Shown here: positions 16,733-26,878 of the stretch, piece by piece
How positions within the stretch are numbered: the stretch's first letter is position 1
Layout of the letters: every line of letters starts with the position of its first letter
Assembly: GCA_041675085.1 (NCBI GenBank)
Contig: JBAYUN010000004.1
Span: forward strand, 2,032-66,031
Direction: 5' to 3'
From: Minisyncoccota bacterium
GTDB lineage: Bacteria; Patescibacteriota; Minisyncoccia; Phycocordibacterales; UBA9973
Length of the DNA: 64,000 bases
Position numbers and translations under genes: made by a program
Notes under the pieces: generated by a model
The model's database searches: none
Told to the model about the DNA's origin: nothing
Seen by the model: the letters and a program-made list of their open reading frames with translations, nothing else

Positions 16733-19700
16733 CTATGATTGTACAGTTTGAGAAATTGGAAGATTTTTAACTCCGTATTCTCCTGTCCAGTCATTAGTTG
16801 TTGTTGAGTGTCCTGAAGCTGAAACGTCAGACCAAATGATTGTTACATCAGAGTCAGCAGTTTCTACATCAGCTGCACTATCTGAAGCTGCGTAAGCAGC
16901 ATCACCAGCAAGCTTTGTAACTACGTAGTCAACATCAATGTCAACAGAAGCAGCAGTCATACGTAATTCGTATGTCTTTGTTCCTGAAACTTGTTGTACA
17001 GCTGTAGCATCGAACTCTATAGTTCCTGAAGTGTTTGTAGCACCTACAGTTGTAAGAGTATCAGTACCAGCAACTTCTGCGTTAGCAGTAACATCCCATA
17101 GTACAGCGTTAGTTAATACTGGGTCAGCAGTCTTTGAAACTTCAAAGAACAATCTTGACCATTCAATAGTACCACCGTTTGAAGTGATAGTGAATCTTGA
17201 AAGCACGTTTTCACCTGCTTTTAATTTATCACCACTCAAAGCAACAGCTGTAATAGTTGGAGTTGCAGCGTAAGCATACATTGCATTTCCAGCTGGACCA
17301 TTTTCTAATGCTTCACAAGTTGAGTTTCCACAACCTGCATCGTTAGCTGAAGCATCTGAAGTACCAGTTGAAGTATTTGTAGCTGTGAAAGTTGATAGAG
17401 TTACAAGTTGTGAAGAACCTGTATCACCTGCACCAATTCCAACAGAACCTAATACTAATTTAACAGTCAACACTTTGTTTTGGTTAGCTGGAACATTCCA
17501 GTTAAGACCATTGAAAGTAACTGGACTAGCACCTGGTTTTGAAGCAATCAAAGTAGCACCGTCGTAAAGTTCTACACTTTGTGCCACAGTAGTATTACCT
17601 AATGTGAAAGTAAGATCTGTTACGTTGTATCCAGCAGTAATTGCAGCGAATTTGAATGCAGCAGCAGTAACTGTTTGATTGTCATGGACAATCGCAGCAA
17701 CTGGAGTTGAAGCATCTGTAGTAGCTGTAATTGAAGCTGTACCTGCTGTAATTGTTTGACCAGTTGTAACAGCTGGGGCAACCGCAGTTCCTGAAACACT
17801 AGCTGTACCTGTCAAAGTTAAGTCTATGTCAAAGTCAGTACCTACTGTTGCAGCAGAACCAAGATTTGCATAAAGCTCAATTGACATATTTGTATTCTTA
17901 ACCAATGTGTGATTGATTGAGAAAGCATTTCCTGTAGCACTAACTGTAGCTAAAGGAGAAGGTTGTGAAACAATGTTTCCTGCTGCATCTTTAACAACAA
18001 TATACATGTTTGTTAAATCATCAGCAATATCAAAGTCGTCAGCAGAACCTCCTTCATCAAATGAAACTGTTGTTAAAAGAACATCTTCTACTGAAGAACC
18101 TGCAACGTTCCAAGAACCGATTTTGAAACCAGTAGCTGGAAGAGAAACAGATTGGTTAGCATAAGTTGCGTTCTTTGTAAGACTAACAGTTGCTGAAGCA
18201 ACAGTTAATGTATTACCATTAACAGCTGTACCAGGAGCATTGAATGATCCTAGAGAATCAACTTTTTGAGCGTTTGATGAACCAATAGCGATAACACCAA
18301 TTATAGTATCACCAGCTGTAAGGTCGTTTGTACCGTCATTGTCAAACATATCTGCATGTAAGTCCATAAGTACTGGTGTACCTGGGTTTACAGTGTAATT
18401 CAATGTGTATTGTGTATAAGCAGGTGTTGAAGAGTCTTCCATCAAAGTTGATGTAGAACCGTATTGAACACCACCTATAACGATACGTCCATTTCTTAAT
18501 GAATCTACAGCGTTATCAGAAGTTGTGAATGAAGCACGGATATTTTCGATCTTGATAGGTTCACCGTAAGCTGTAACTTTGTAAGTAGCGATTTTAACAT
18601 CGTTACCAGCTAAAGTTGCGTTTGTTGAAGAAGATGAAACATCTTTTTCAATGATTAATGAACCTCCACCTTGACCTGAAATTGTACTTTCAGTAGCAGG
18701 AGCCCATGGTAATGGATCAGTTGTTACACCACCTACAACACCAGGAACAATGTTAACTCCGAAAGATGAATCTACGAAATCAACATCAGCTGCACTTCTC
18801 AAAGAGAAATGAACTGTTCTTGAAGCACCAGATACGATATCAGCATCAACACGTACTACACGTGTTCCTGATTGTAGCATTACTGGAGTTGAAGTCATGT
18901 CAAAAGTAACATAACCGTTAACATCTACACCAGCAGCTGTCGCAACTTGAACTCCATTTACATAAAGTTTAAAGCCACCGAAAGCATTAGCTGGAGCTGA
19001 TCCAACATTTCTGAAAGCTACTCTTTTCATCCAAACATCTCTTTGTGAGATATTTAAACTTGATTGCCACACTGTTACGTTTGCACCTGGGTTAAGAGTT
19101 GCATTTGTAGGTGTTTCTATTCCAGAAGTAACGCCAGCTAATGTAGCATTAGCTATTGAATGAATGTTACCTGAAAGGTTAACAGTTGAAGTTGTGCCTC
19201 CAGCTGTAACTGTTGCAAGCATCATACCTACAGTTTGACCTGAAGTATTAGCAGCAATGTCAGACTTTACAGAAATAGTTTTTGTACCGTTAACTGTGAA
19301 GATTCCTGAAGGAACGTTGAATGTAACTGTACCGTTGTTTGAAACTGAAGCTGCATCTGTCAAACGTGTAGCACCGTCAAATAGGTAAACGTTTGAAGGA
19401 GTAGCGTCAGCTGAAACTCCGATTCTTTGTAAAGTAACAGCAGTAACTGTGCCTGATCCACTGAAAGTGAAGTTAGCTAAGTTAGCTGTAGCTTGTCCTG
19501 CAACAAGAGTAGATGAAGCTGGATTGTTTGAAGACAATGCAACTGTAACTGGTCCTGTTTGTGAAGTTGAACCTGAACATGGTTGTCCAGTTGTAGAACT
19601 GAATCCTGATGTTGATGAACAACCTGCTGGAAGAGTTGTACTAACTCCTGTAGAACAAGATACTCCTGTGATAGGAGAGAATCCTGCTGATGATGTACAT

Positions 19701-20047
19701 CCTGCTGGATAGTTACCTCCTGTTGAAGTTGTACCTGTCCATGAAGCTCTTGAAGCTGGTCCAAAGATACCGTCTGCTGTTAATCCCTTACTAGCTTGGT
19801 AAGCTTGTACGGCTGTTTTGGTTTTAGAACCGAAGTAGTTTGTTTCACTACCTACTGATCCTGCACCTGAAGTTGAAACAACGAATCCTTTTGAGTTAAG
19901 ACCTTGTTGAAGTTCTTTAACTTGACTGTTGTTTGAACCTAGTTTTAGTGTTGAAGTGATAGCAGCTGAAGCTGTTCCTGTTGAAAGGATAACTGCAGCA
20001 GCAACCATCAAACCTAAAACGAATTTTGATTTGAATAAATTACTCAT
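16733..20047 (-). CDS. major surface / S-layer-like protein with peptidoglycan-binding domain
   Basis: Signal peptide from MSNLFKSK, PG-binding motif, PAGCxSxxGFS repeats, Thr/Ser/Ala/Val-rich beta domains, strongly biased codon use. Confidence 0.8.
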   Translation of the reverse strand: MSNLFKSKFVLGLMVAAAVILSTGTASAAITSTLKLGSNNSQVKELQQGLNSKGFVVSTSGAGSVGSETNYFGSKTKTAVQAYQASKGLTADGIFGPASRASWTGTTSTGGNYPAGCTSSAGFSPITGVSCSTGVSTTLPAGCSSTSGFSSTTGQPCSGSTSQTGPVTVALSSNNPASSTLVAGQATANLANFTFSGSGTVTAVTLQRIGVSADATPSNVYLFDGATRLTDAASVSNNGTVTFNVPSGIFTVNGTKTISVKSDIAANTSGQTVGMMLATVTAGGTTSTVNLSGNIHSIANATLAGVTSGIETPTNATLNPGANVTVWQSSLNISQRDVWMKRVAFRNVGSAPANAFGGFKLYVNGVQVATAAGVDVNGYVTFDMTSTPVMLQSGTRVVRVDADIVSGASRTVHFSLRSAADVDFVDSSFGVNIVPGVVGGVTTDPLPWAPATESTISGQGGGSLIIEKDVSSSSTNATLAGNDVKIATYKVTAYGEPIKIENIRASFTTSDNAVDSLRNGRIVIGGVQYGSTSTLMEDSSTPAYTQYTLNYTVNPGTPVLMDLHADMFDNDGTNDLTAGDTIIGVIAIGSSNAQKVDSLGSFNAPGTAVNGNTLTVASATVSLTKNATYANQSVSLPATGFKIGSWNVAGSSVEDVLLTTVSFDEGGSADDFDIADDLTNMYIVVKDAAGNIVSQPSPLATVSATGNAFSINHTLVKNTNMSIELYANLGSAATVGTDFDIDLTLTGTASVSGTAVAPAVTTGQTITAGTASITATTDASTPVAAIVHDNQTVTAAAFKFAAITAGYNVTDLTFTLGNTTVAQSVELYDGATLIASKPGASPVTFNGLNWNVPANQNKVLTVKLVLGSVGIGAGDTGSSQLVTLSTFTATNTSTGTSDASANDAGCGNSTCEALENGPAGNAMYAYAATPTITAVALSGDKLKAGENVLSRFTITSNGGTIEWSRLFFEVSKTADPVLTNAVLWDVTANAEVAGTDTLTTVGATNTSGTIEFDATAVQQVSGTKTYELRMTAASVDIDVDYVVTKLAGDAAYAASDSAADVETADSDVTIIWSDVSASGHSTTTNDWTGEYGVKNLPISQTVQS

Positions 20048-20428
20048 ATTTTTTTTAATTACGCCATTAATAAGTTTCGACAAAACTAAAAGCGTATTTT
20101 CTATCGTCCTCATCCCTACTTAATTAATAAATAATAATAATGCGTAGTGACTTGCGAGGACAAAAAGATTTGAACTAAACTTGAAAACATAACTAAAGAC
20201 ATTTGCAATTGTGATGCAAACATTTTTATTGTATTAAGTTTTCAATGACCTTTCTTTTACCGAATCTTTGCAATAAATTTATTTTACTAAACTTAAAACA
20301 AAGACAGGCTTTGATCCTTTGTGTACTAAATCTTTTCGACGAAATTTAGCAACAAGATCTTATACTATATATAAGTATGAGAATAAGACTTTCGTAAAAT
20401 TCTTCACACTAATAATATATACGTATAC

Positions 20429-20458
20429 ATTATAATATAGACTCTCGAATAAGAGCAA
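20429..20458 (-). promoter_or_regulatory. candidate promoter of the S-layer-like gene
   Basis: TTGCTC-18-TATAAT; DnaA-box 9-mer at 20469-20477. Confidence 0.5.
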
Positions 20459-20640
20459 TATTACAACGTGTGGATAACCGATAATTTCGCATAAGAAAAA
20501 TAAATTCTTCGCTAGTTACTCCACCTATCTATATTGGCATATTTTTGACATAAAAGCAAACACAAATTAGGTTCTAGTCGCTAGGTTCTAGGTTCTAGGA
20601 AAATGCAAAAATGCAAAAAACAAAGAAAGGTTATTAGAGA

Positions 20641-21564
20641 TTATTTTTTGAAAAAATATCTGGACCATCTCTTCTCCCCTGTCTTATACAATAGGTTGTC
20701 CTTTACCAGGGAGACGAGTTCTCTCTGGAGAGTCTTCTCACTCATGGTGGTGAATTGACCTTTTGAGAGGGAGCGAACTTCGGTTATCGTGAGTCCGTTA
20801 GGGTTGTCCTTTATCACGGATACTATCTCTGTACGGCGTTCTTGCTTGCTCGTGTTATCTTTGATATTCTCTTTATTTTTATCGTAAACTTTTGGAATAT
20901 TTTTGTTCGTATCTCCTGCCTTGGTCTTCGTCTTTGCTTCGATTTCTTTCAAAGCTTTGAGTAGGGTGCTACCCTTTTGGAGTCCGATATTGGTCGGAGC
21001 TTGTCTGATAGATTTCTTTAATCTCTCCATGTGTGACCTCTGATCTGCGTGAGAGAATTCTTGCTTTACTTCGAACATTTTAGGGCGAGATTCTAGTCTG
21101 TCTTTTATCTCGCGATTTGGATTTTGGAGAGCGTTTTGATTTTGAGTATTTTCTTCATCTTTGAATAAGTCAGATAGTACTTGGTCGCTGTAGGGATTCC
21201 TATTACCGAGAGAATCTTCGACTGACTTTTTGAAAAGATAGAATTCTTTTTTTAAGATATCGGCATTCATCTGAGACATGAGTTTTACATTACTTGAGAT
21301 GTCTAATAGAACTAGAGTTTGAGATATTTTATTTAGTAGTCCGATAGATATGTAGTCTGTCCTTGATGAGAAGGTAGATATGTCCGATATGATTTCTAGC
21401 CCTATATTTCTGAGTTTATTCCTTATGCCTTCTTGTTTGTCCATTATGTCCGTGACCATAAAGAGAGCTGTGATGAGTTTGTGAGACTTGGTGTAAGAGA
21501 AAGACAAAGTTGTGTCTTTTATATGAAAACCGATGTCTCTTGTATTGTTTTCATTATTTTCCAT
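20641..21564 (-). CDS. protein with four-helix-bundle-like N-terminus and C-terminal winged HTH
   Basis: YTKSHKLITALFMVTD...IRNKLR N-terminus; RRTEIVSVIK...SEKTLQRELVSLV...GEKRWSRY wHTH. Confidence 0.65.
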   Translation of the reverse strand: MENNENNTRDIGFHIKDTTLSFSYTKSHKLITALFMVTDIMDKQEGIRNKLRNIGLEIISDISTFSSRTDYISIGLLNKISQTLVLLDISSNVKLMSQMNADILKKEFYLFKKSVEDSLGNRNPYSDQVLSDLFKDEENTQNQNALQNPNREIKDRLESRPKMFEVKQEFSHADQRSHMERLKKSIRQAPTNIGLQKGSTLLKALKEIEAKTKTKAGDTNKNIPKVYDKNKENIKDNTSKQERRTEIVSVIKDNPNGLTITEVRSLSKGQFTTMSEKTLQRELVSLVKDNLLYKTGEKRWSRYFFKK

Positions 21565-21606
21565 GTGTCCATTATATATTTCTCTCGGACTTTTGCAAGC
21601 CCGAGA

Positions 21607-21721
21607 TTAGGTTCTAGTTTCTAGTTACTAGGGGCTAGGTTCTAAAATTAGTTTCTAGTTTCTAGTTGATAGGTTCTAGAAAGCAAACAACTAAACACTA
21701 GCACCTAGAAACTAATACCTA
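21607..21721. repeat. CTAG-containing heptamer tandem repeats ((G/T)TTCTAG)
   Basis: aggttctagtttctagttactagg... then the inverted form ctagcacctagaaactaa; similar tracts at 20567-20599 and 26040-26070. Confidence 0.75.
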
Positions 21722-21741
21722 ATCTATGCTAAAATATATCA

Positions 21742-23964
21742 ATGGCGAAAAAGAAATTAAAGAGGGTTAAACGAAATGAAACACAGAAGGCGGAGGTAGA
21801 AAAAAATAATTCTTTAAGTTTAAAAACAGAAACAAAACACGGAATATTGGCTGTTGTTTTTTTTGTTATAGCATTATTTTTATTTATGTCAGCTTTTGAA
21901 ATGGGAGGAGTAGCGGGAGAATTTTTTTATAAAATTCTTTCTTATGTATTCGGAGTTGGGTATGTATTGTTGCCGATACTTTTCTTGTTGTTAGGATCAT
22001 CTTATATCAAATCTGAGAGTCCAAATCTTGGAGGTGTGCGTATTGCGAGTTCTATTTTATTCTTGCTCTCAGGTCTCGGTATTATCGATATCGCGACTAG
22101 TAGCAATCCAGGAGAATTTAGTGGAGATCATGCGGGAGGATTTTTAGGAAAAATTCTCGCGACTCCACTCGTAAATCTTTTTGATGTGTATGCGAGTATC
22201 GTATTCCTCGGAGCGTTGCTCATCATCTCGATACTAATCATGTTTGATACAAAACCAAACTTGATAAAATTCTTTAACAGCATTTACAATTTCTTTACTG
22301 GTAAAAAAGACGAGAGTCTCGAAGGTGAAGAAGAGGACGAAACAGACGAGGAAGAAGAAACAGAAGACGAGGAAGAAGTAGTCGAGAAAATAAAAAAAGT
22401 TCCAGCAGTCGCAAGTACACGCGAACCTGAAATGAAAATCGCAGAGAAAGAAGAAGAGATGCCTATCAAGAAATTGAAACCTAGCACCATGTCTAACTAC
22501 GTCCCTCCTCCTCTGTCTCTACTAGAAGAAGATAAAGGTAAAGCCAATACCGGAGACATAAAAGCAAATTCAAATATCATAAAAAGAACTCTTATGAACT
22601 TTGGTATCGAAGTCGAAATGGACGAGATAACTATCGGGCCGACAGTGACCCGTTATGCATTGAAGCCTGCCGAAGGAGTGAAACTCTCTCGTATACTCGG
22701 ACTGCAAAATGACCTATCACTCGCACTCGCTGCTCACCCTCTCCGTATCGAAGCTCCTATCCCAGGCAAGTCTCTCGTCGGTATCGAAGTCCCAAACAAA
22801 ACTAAATCTACAGTCGGACTCGCTACCCTACTCGCTGATGATAAATTCCAACATTCACCAAAACCACTAACTCTAGCACTCGGTCGTTCTATCTCGGGCA
22901 AAGCGAGTTTTGGAAACTTGGCAAAAATGCCTCACTGTCTAGTCGCGGGTACTACTGGATCTGGAAAATCTGTGACCATACACTCGATGATAACTTCTCT
23001 ACTATATAGAAACGGACCTGAGGACTTGAAATTCATCATGGTAGACCCAAAACGTGTCGAGCTCACTCTATACAAAAACATCCCTCACCTATTGACCCCA
23101 GTCATCACCGAAGCCAAGAAAGCCATCCTCGCTCTAAAATGGGCGGCGAAAGAGATGGATAGAAGATACGACATATTGGAGCAAGAGTCTGTGCGTGATA
23201 TCGAATCTTATCACAACAACGTATTAGGAAAGAATAAGTCTCGAGCGGAAGGTGAAAAAGAATTAGAGCGCATGCCTTATATCGTGATATTTATCGACGA
23301 GTTGGCGGACATCATGACCACTTATCCTCGTGAACTCGAGTCTGGTATCGTGAGACTTGCTCAAATGTCTCGTGCGGTTGGTATTCACCTAGTACTATCT
23401 ACTCAAAGACCAGAGGTAAACGTCATCACAGGACTTATCAAGGCCAACGTCCCTGCTCGTATAGCTCTAAAAGTATCTTCACAAATAGACTCTCGTACAA
23501 TACTCGACACAGGAGGAGCCGAGAAATTGCTCGGAGCGGGAGACATGCTCTACTCTTCAGGTGAGGCACAACCAGAACGTCTACAAAGTGCCTTTATATC
23601 TGAGACTGAAGTTAAGAAAGTCGTGAGTTATCTATCTGATGCTTATAAAGATGAAATCAATGCAGAAATAAATCTAACTCCTGCTAGCGTGGGAAACGAC
23701 AAAGGGATATTCGAAAGTACTCTCGACGGCGAGGATGAAGTCGACGATGAGATGTATGAAGAAGCTCGTGCGACAGTTATCGAAGCTGGTAAAGCTAGTA
23801 CTTCATACCTACAAAGGAAACTCAAGCTCGGATATGCTCGTGCAGCGCGCCTAATAGACGTACTCGAAGCGAGAGGAGTTATCGGTCCTGGAGACGGAGC
23901 AAAGCCGAGAGAAGTATTGGAGAAAATCAACAGAGATGAGAACGGCGATAACGTCATGGAATAA
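21742..23964 (+). CDS. ftsK: DNA translocase FtsK
   Basis: ATGGCGAAAAAG reads on + (track label is wrong); 4TM N-terminus, MPHCLVAGTTGSGKS, IDELADIM, LSTQRP, gamma domain LQRKLKLGYARAAR. Confidence 0.97.
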   Translation: MAKKKLKRVKRNETQKAEVEKNNSLSLKTETKHGILAVVFFVIALFLFMSAFEMGGVAGEFFYKILSYVFGVGYVLLPILFLLLGSSYIKSESPNLGGVRIASSILFLLSGLGIIDIATSSNPGEFSGDHAGGFLGKILATPLVNLFDVYASIVFLGALLIISILIMFDTKPNLIKFFNSIYNFFTGKKDESLEGEEEDETDEEEETEDEEEVVEKIKKVPAVASTREPEMKIAEKEEEMPIKKLKPSTMSNYVPPPLSLLEEDKGKANTGDIKANSNIIKRTLMNFGIEVEMDEITIGPTVTRYALKPAEGVKLSRILGLQNDLSLALAAHPLRIEAPIPGKSLVGIEVPNKTKSTVGLATLLADDKFQHSPKPLTLALGRSISGKASFGNLAKMPHCLVAGTTGSGKSVTIHSMITSLLYRNGPEDLKFIMVDPKRVELTLYKNIPHLLTPVITEAKKAILALKWAAKEMDRRYDILEQESVRDIESYHNNVLGKNKSRAEGEKELERMPYIVIFIDELADIMTTYPRELESGIVRLAQMSRAVGIHLVLSTQRPEVNVITGLIKANVPARIALKVSSQIDSRTILDTGGAEKLLGAGDMLYSSGEAQPERLQSAFISETEVKKVVSYLSDAYKDEINAEINLTPASVGNDKGIFESTLDGEDEVDDEMYEEARATVIEAGKASTSYLQRKLKLGYARAARLIDVLEARGVIGPGDGAKPREVLEKINRDENGDNVME

Positions 23965-23969
23965 TAGAT

Positions 23970-24320
23970 ATGGAAAAAGACTTTAAAACCAAATTAATAA
24001 TAGGAGCGACTGCGTTTTTCTCATTATTTATATTAGTTTATGCGGTTTTCCAGTTTAAAGATGTGATATTTGGAATACAAATACAAGAAGTAAATATCGT
24101 CGACGGTAGTACTATAGATCAGAATCCCTTACGCATTACTGGAATAGCAAGACATGCAGTATATCTATCTCTCAATGGTAGAGAGATATCGATAGACAAG
24201 GACGGAAATTGGGACGAGACTATTGCCCTACTCTCGGGATATAATATAATAGAAATAGAAGCCAGAGATAAATTTGGCAACACTGACGCAAAGAATTACA
24301 AACTAATGTATCCATTATAA
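23970..24320 (+). CDS. membrane-anchored Ig-like domain protein
   Basis: TM then LSLNG...L.SGYNIIEIEARDKFGN. Confidence 0.7.
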   Translation: MEKDFKTKLIIGATAFFSLFILVYAVFQFKDVIFGIQIQEVNIVDGSTIDQNPLRITGIARHAVYLSLNGREISIDKDGNWDETIALLSGYNIIEIEARDKFGNTDAKNYKLMYPL

Positions 24321-24352
24321 AAGTTATAAATTATTAATATTAAATTAAATAT

Positions 24353-25408
24353 ATGAAGAAAAAAGAAAAAAAGGCAGATAAAGTAGTCGGAGGTGATAGT
24401 AGTATCTTAGAGAATACTCTAAAGGCTATCCAAACCAAGTTTGGTGAAGGCTCTATTATGAAGCTCGGTGATACACCGAAGGTGAATATAAATTCTATAT
24501 CTACAGGCTCACTAGGCCTTGATATGGCGCTAGGAATAGGAGGAATACCAAGAGGTAGAATCATAGAGATATTTGGACCAGAGTCTTCAGGTAAGACTAC
24601 CCTATCTCTCCACGTAGTCGCAGAGGCGCAAAAGCTCGGTGGAGTTTGTGCTTATATCGACGCGGAGCATGCTATGGATCCAGAATATACAAAGAAATTA
24701 GGCGTAAATATCAACGACCTGCTAATCTCTCAACCTGATAACGGTGAACAAGCGCTCGAAATAGTAGAGAGTCTAGTACGTACAGGTAAAATAGACGTCG
24801 TAGTTATCGACTCTGTAGCGGCTTTGACTCCAAAAGATGAAATCGAAGGAGATATGGGAGCGTATCATGTCGGTAAACAAGCTCGCCTTATGTCTCAAGC
24901 ATTACGTAAACTCACAGCTATCGTCGCAAAATCTAAAACTGCGGTGATATTTATCAACCAAATCCGTATGCAGATAGGAGTTATGTTCGGTAATCCTGAG
25001 ACAACACCAGGAGGTAAAGCTTTGAAATTCTACACTTCAGTCCGTCTAGATATCCGTCGTATTGCTCAAATCAAAAAAGGTGAAGAAGTAGTCGGAGGAA
25101 GAACACGCGTCAAAGTCGTAAAGAATAAAGTCGCAGCTCCTTTCAAACAAACTGAATTTGATATAATTTACAATGAAGGTATATCACGTGAAGGAGAAAT
25201 CATGGCTCTCGGCGAGAAGCTCGGTATTATAGAGAAGTCTGGGGCTTCATATTCATACAAAGGTAAAGACGGAGAAAAGATTTCTATGGGACGTGGATAT
25301 GATGCTACTCGTACATGGCTAAAGGAAAATCCTAAAGTAATGAAAGATTTTGAAAAAGAAGTCCGCACACGCTTTGGAGAAATACAAGTAGCTAGTTCTG
25401 GGGAATAA
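24353..25408 (+). CDS. recA: recombinase RecA
   Basis: [26 protein letters not shown] motifs. Confidence 0.99.
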   Translation: MKKKEKKADKVVGGDSSILENTLKAIQTKFGEGSIMKLGDTPKVNINSISTGSLGLDMALGIGGIPRGRIIEIFGPESSGKTTLSLHVVAEAQKLGGVCAYIDAEHAMDPEYTKKLGVNINDLLISQPDNGEQALEIVESLVRTGKIDVVVIDSVAALTPKDEIEGDMGAYHVGKQARLMSQALRKLTAIVAKSKTAVIFINQIRMQIGVMFGNPETTPGGKALKFYTSVRLDIRRIAQIKKGEEVVGGRTRVKVVKNKVAAPFKQTEFDIIYNEGISREGEIMALGEKLGIIEKSGASYSYKGKDGEKISMGRGYDATRTWLKENPKVMKDFEKEVRTRFGEIQVASSGE

Positions 25409-25444
25409 CTTGAAAATTATCAGATAAAAGTATAATATACCAAT

Positions 25445-26032
25445 ATGGCAACTTTAGAATACAGTGAAATAAGAGAAAAGAAGATTATTATTCATGATGA
25501 TGAACCTTGTGAAGTTATCGAGTCTCATGTAGCTCGGACTCAACAACGTAAACCTCAAAACCAAGTAAAACTAAAAAGTCTTGTCTCAGGAAAGACTTTT
25601 GCAGCTACTTTCCACGTATCTGATAAGGCAGACGAAGCTGATATCGAGAAAAGAGATGTAAAGTTCTTGTATGCAAACAAAGGTGAATACTGGTTCGCGG
25701 ATCCAGAAGACCCAAAGAGTAGATTTAAATTAGATGCGGCTTTGGTATCAGATTCAGCTAAATTCTTTAAAGAAAACGGACTAGTCCAAGCTATGGTCTG
25801 GGACGACGACGGTGAAGAGAAGACTATTAAAATCACTCTACCTATCAAGATAGACTTTAAGGTCAAAGAAGCTCCCCCTGCAGTCAAAGGTAATACCGCT
25901 CAAGGAGGCAACAAGATAATTACTCTAGAGAACGGCACTACTGTGAACGCTCCTATGTTTATCGAAGAAGGCGACGTTGTATCTGTAAATACTGAAACTG
26001 GGACTTATGTAGAGCGTGTGACTAAGATATAA
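25445..26032 (+). CDS. efp: elongation factor P
   Basis: PAVKGNTAQGG, LENG..VNAPMFIEEGD, NTETGTYVER. Confidence 0.92.
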   Translation: MATLEYSEIREKKIIIHDDEPCEVIESHVARTQQRKPQNQVKLKSLVSGKTFAATFHVSDKADEADIEKRDVKFLYANKGEYWFADPEDPKSRFKLDAALVSDSAKFFKENGLVQAMVWDDDGEEKTIKITLPIKIDFKVKEAPPAVKGNTAQGGNKIITLENGTTVNAPMFIEEGDVVSVNTETGTYVERVTKI

Positions 26033-26084
26033 GAATTTGGTACTAGTTTCTAGTGACTAGGTTATAGGTTTAAATACAACAATA

Positions 26085-26118
26085 AAAAAGCCCTCAGCCT
26101 AAGGCTGAGGGCTTTTTT
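26085..26118. terminator. bidirectional terminator between efp and rpsR
   Basis: AAAAAAGCCCTCAGCC-taa-GGCTGAGGGCTTTTTT. Confidence 0.85.
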
Positions 26119-26137
26119 ATTTAATATTTATAGAATA

Positions 26138-26338
26138 TTATTTAGCTACGAAAGGCAATAATCCCATAAATCTAGCGTGCTTGATAGCATTTGCTAAAGA
26201 TCTTTGATTCTTTGCTGTTACACCTGTACGCTTATGGTTTAAAATCTTACCATTAGGGTTGATGAACTTTCTAAGGATATCAGTATCCTTGTAGTCTATA
26301 TATTTTATATTATTTGCTGAAAAGTAATCTTGTTTCAT
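26138..26338 (-). CDS. rpsR: 30S ribosomal protein S18
   Basis: [28 protein letters not shown]; no Zn ligands. Confidence 0.96.
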   Translation of the reverse strand: MKQDYFSANNIKYIDYKDTDILRKFINPNGKILNHKRTGVTAKNQRSLANAIKHARFMGLLPFVAK

Positions 26339-26394
26339 ATATTTATCTCTACCCTGTCAGTCGCGACTGACGGGGTTAACTTATAATTTAATTT

Positions 26395-26853
26395 CTAAAA
26401 TGGAATGTCTTCTGGGTTTATATCTTCTTCTGGATATTCTATAGAGTCCATTTCCCCTCCGTCTTGAGGCTTTGAAGCTTGAGCATTGTTCTCAGTTGGA
26501 GTATAACCACCGGTTGCGCCAGTCGGCTTTGGTCCAAATTGAGTCTTGTCAGCTACTATTTCGGTGCGGTATTTCTTCTCTCCACTATTCTTGTCATCCC
26601 AACTACGAGTCTGCATTCTTCCTTCGACTAGCATTGAGTTGCCCTTTTTCATGTATTGAGCAACAGTTTCTGCTTGGCGACCGAAAACCACAACGTTGTG
26701 ATAATCAGTAGATTCTTGGCGAGCTCCGTTTGCATCTTTCCAAACGCGATTCGTTGCTAAAGAAAAACTACAAACCTTGATTCCTGATGGCAGGGCTTTG
26801 AGCTCTGGATCACGAGTAAGGTTACCTATTACTATTGCTTTATTTAAATACAT
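26395..26853 (-). CDS. ssb: single-stranded DNA-binding protein
   Basis: NKAIVIGNLTRDPE, VEGRMQTRSW, C-terminal EDIPF. Confidence 0.98.
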   Translation of the reverse strand: MYLNKAIVIGNLTRDPELKALPSGIKVCSFSLATNRVWKDANGARQESTDYHNVVVFGRQAETVAQYMKKGNSMLVEGRMQTRSWDDKNSGEKKYRTEIVADKTQFGPKPTGATGGYTPTENNAQASKPQDGGEMDSIEYPEEDINPEDIPF

Positions 26854-26878
26854 AATTTAATTAGTTAAATAATAAGGT

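Noticed and set aside
10531-16733. Classical integron or prophage
   Set aside because: No tyrosine recombinase IntI, no attC GTTRRRY/RYYYAAC pattern recognised, no phage structural genes
16938-20123. Antisense and alternate-frame ORFs over the S-layer gene, and similar short ORFs over other genes
   Set aside because: Shadow ORFs caused by codon bias; no motifs or independent signals
20641-21564. Diversity-generating retroelement (Avd-like domain)
   Set aside because: No reverse transcriptase and no template/variable repeat pair with adenine-specific mismatches seen in the window
21742-23964. Minus-strand label for ftsK (and for cmk at 56737..57306) in the ORF track
   Set aside because: The listed proteins translate directly from the + strand, with + strand promoters upstream
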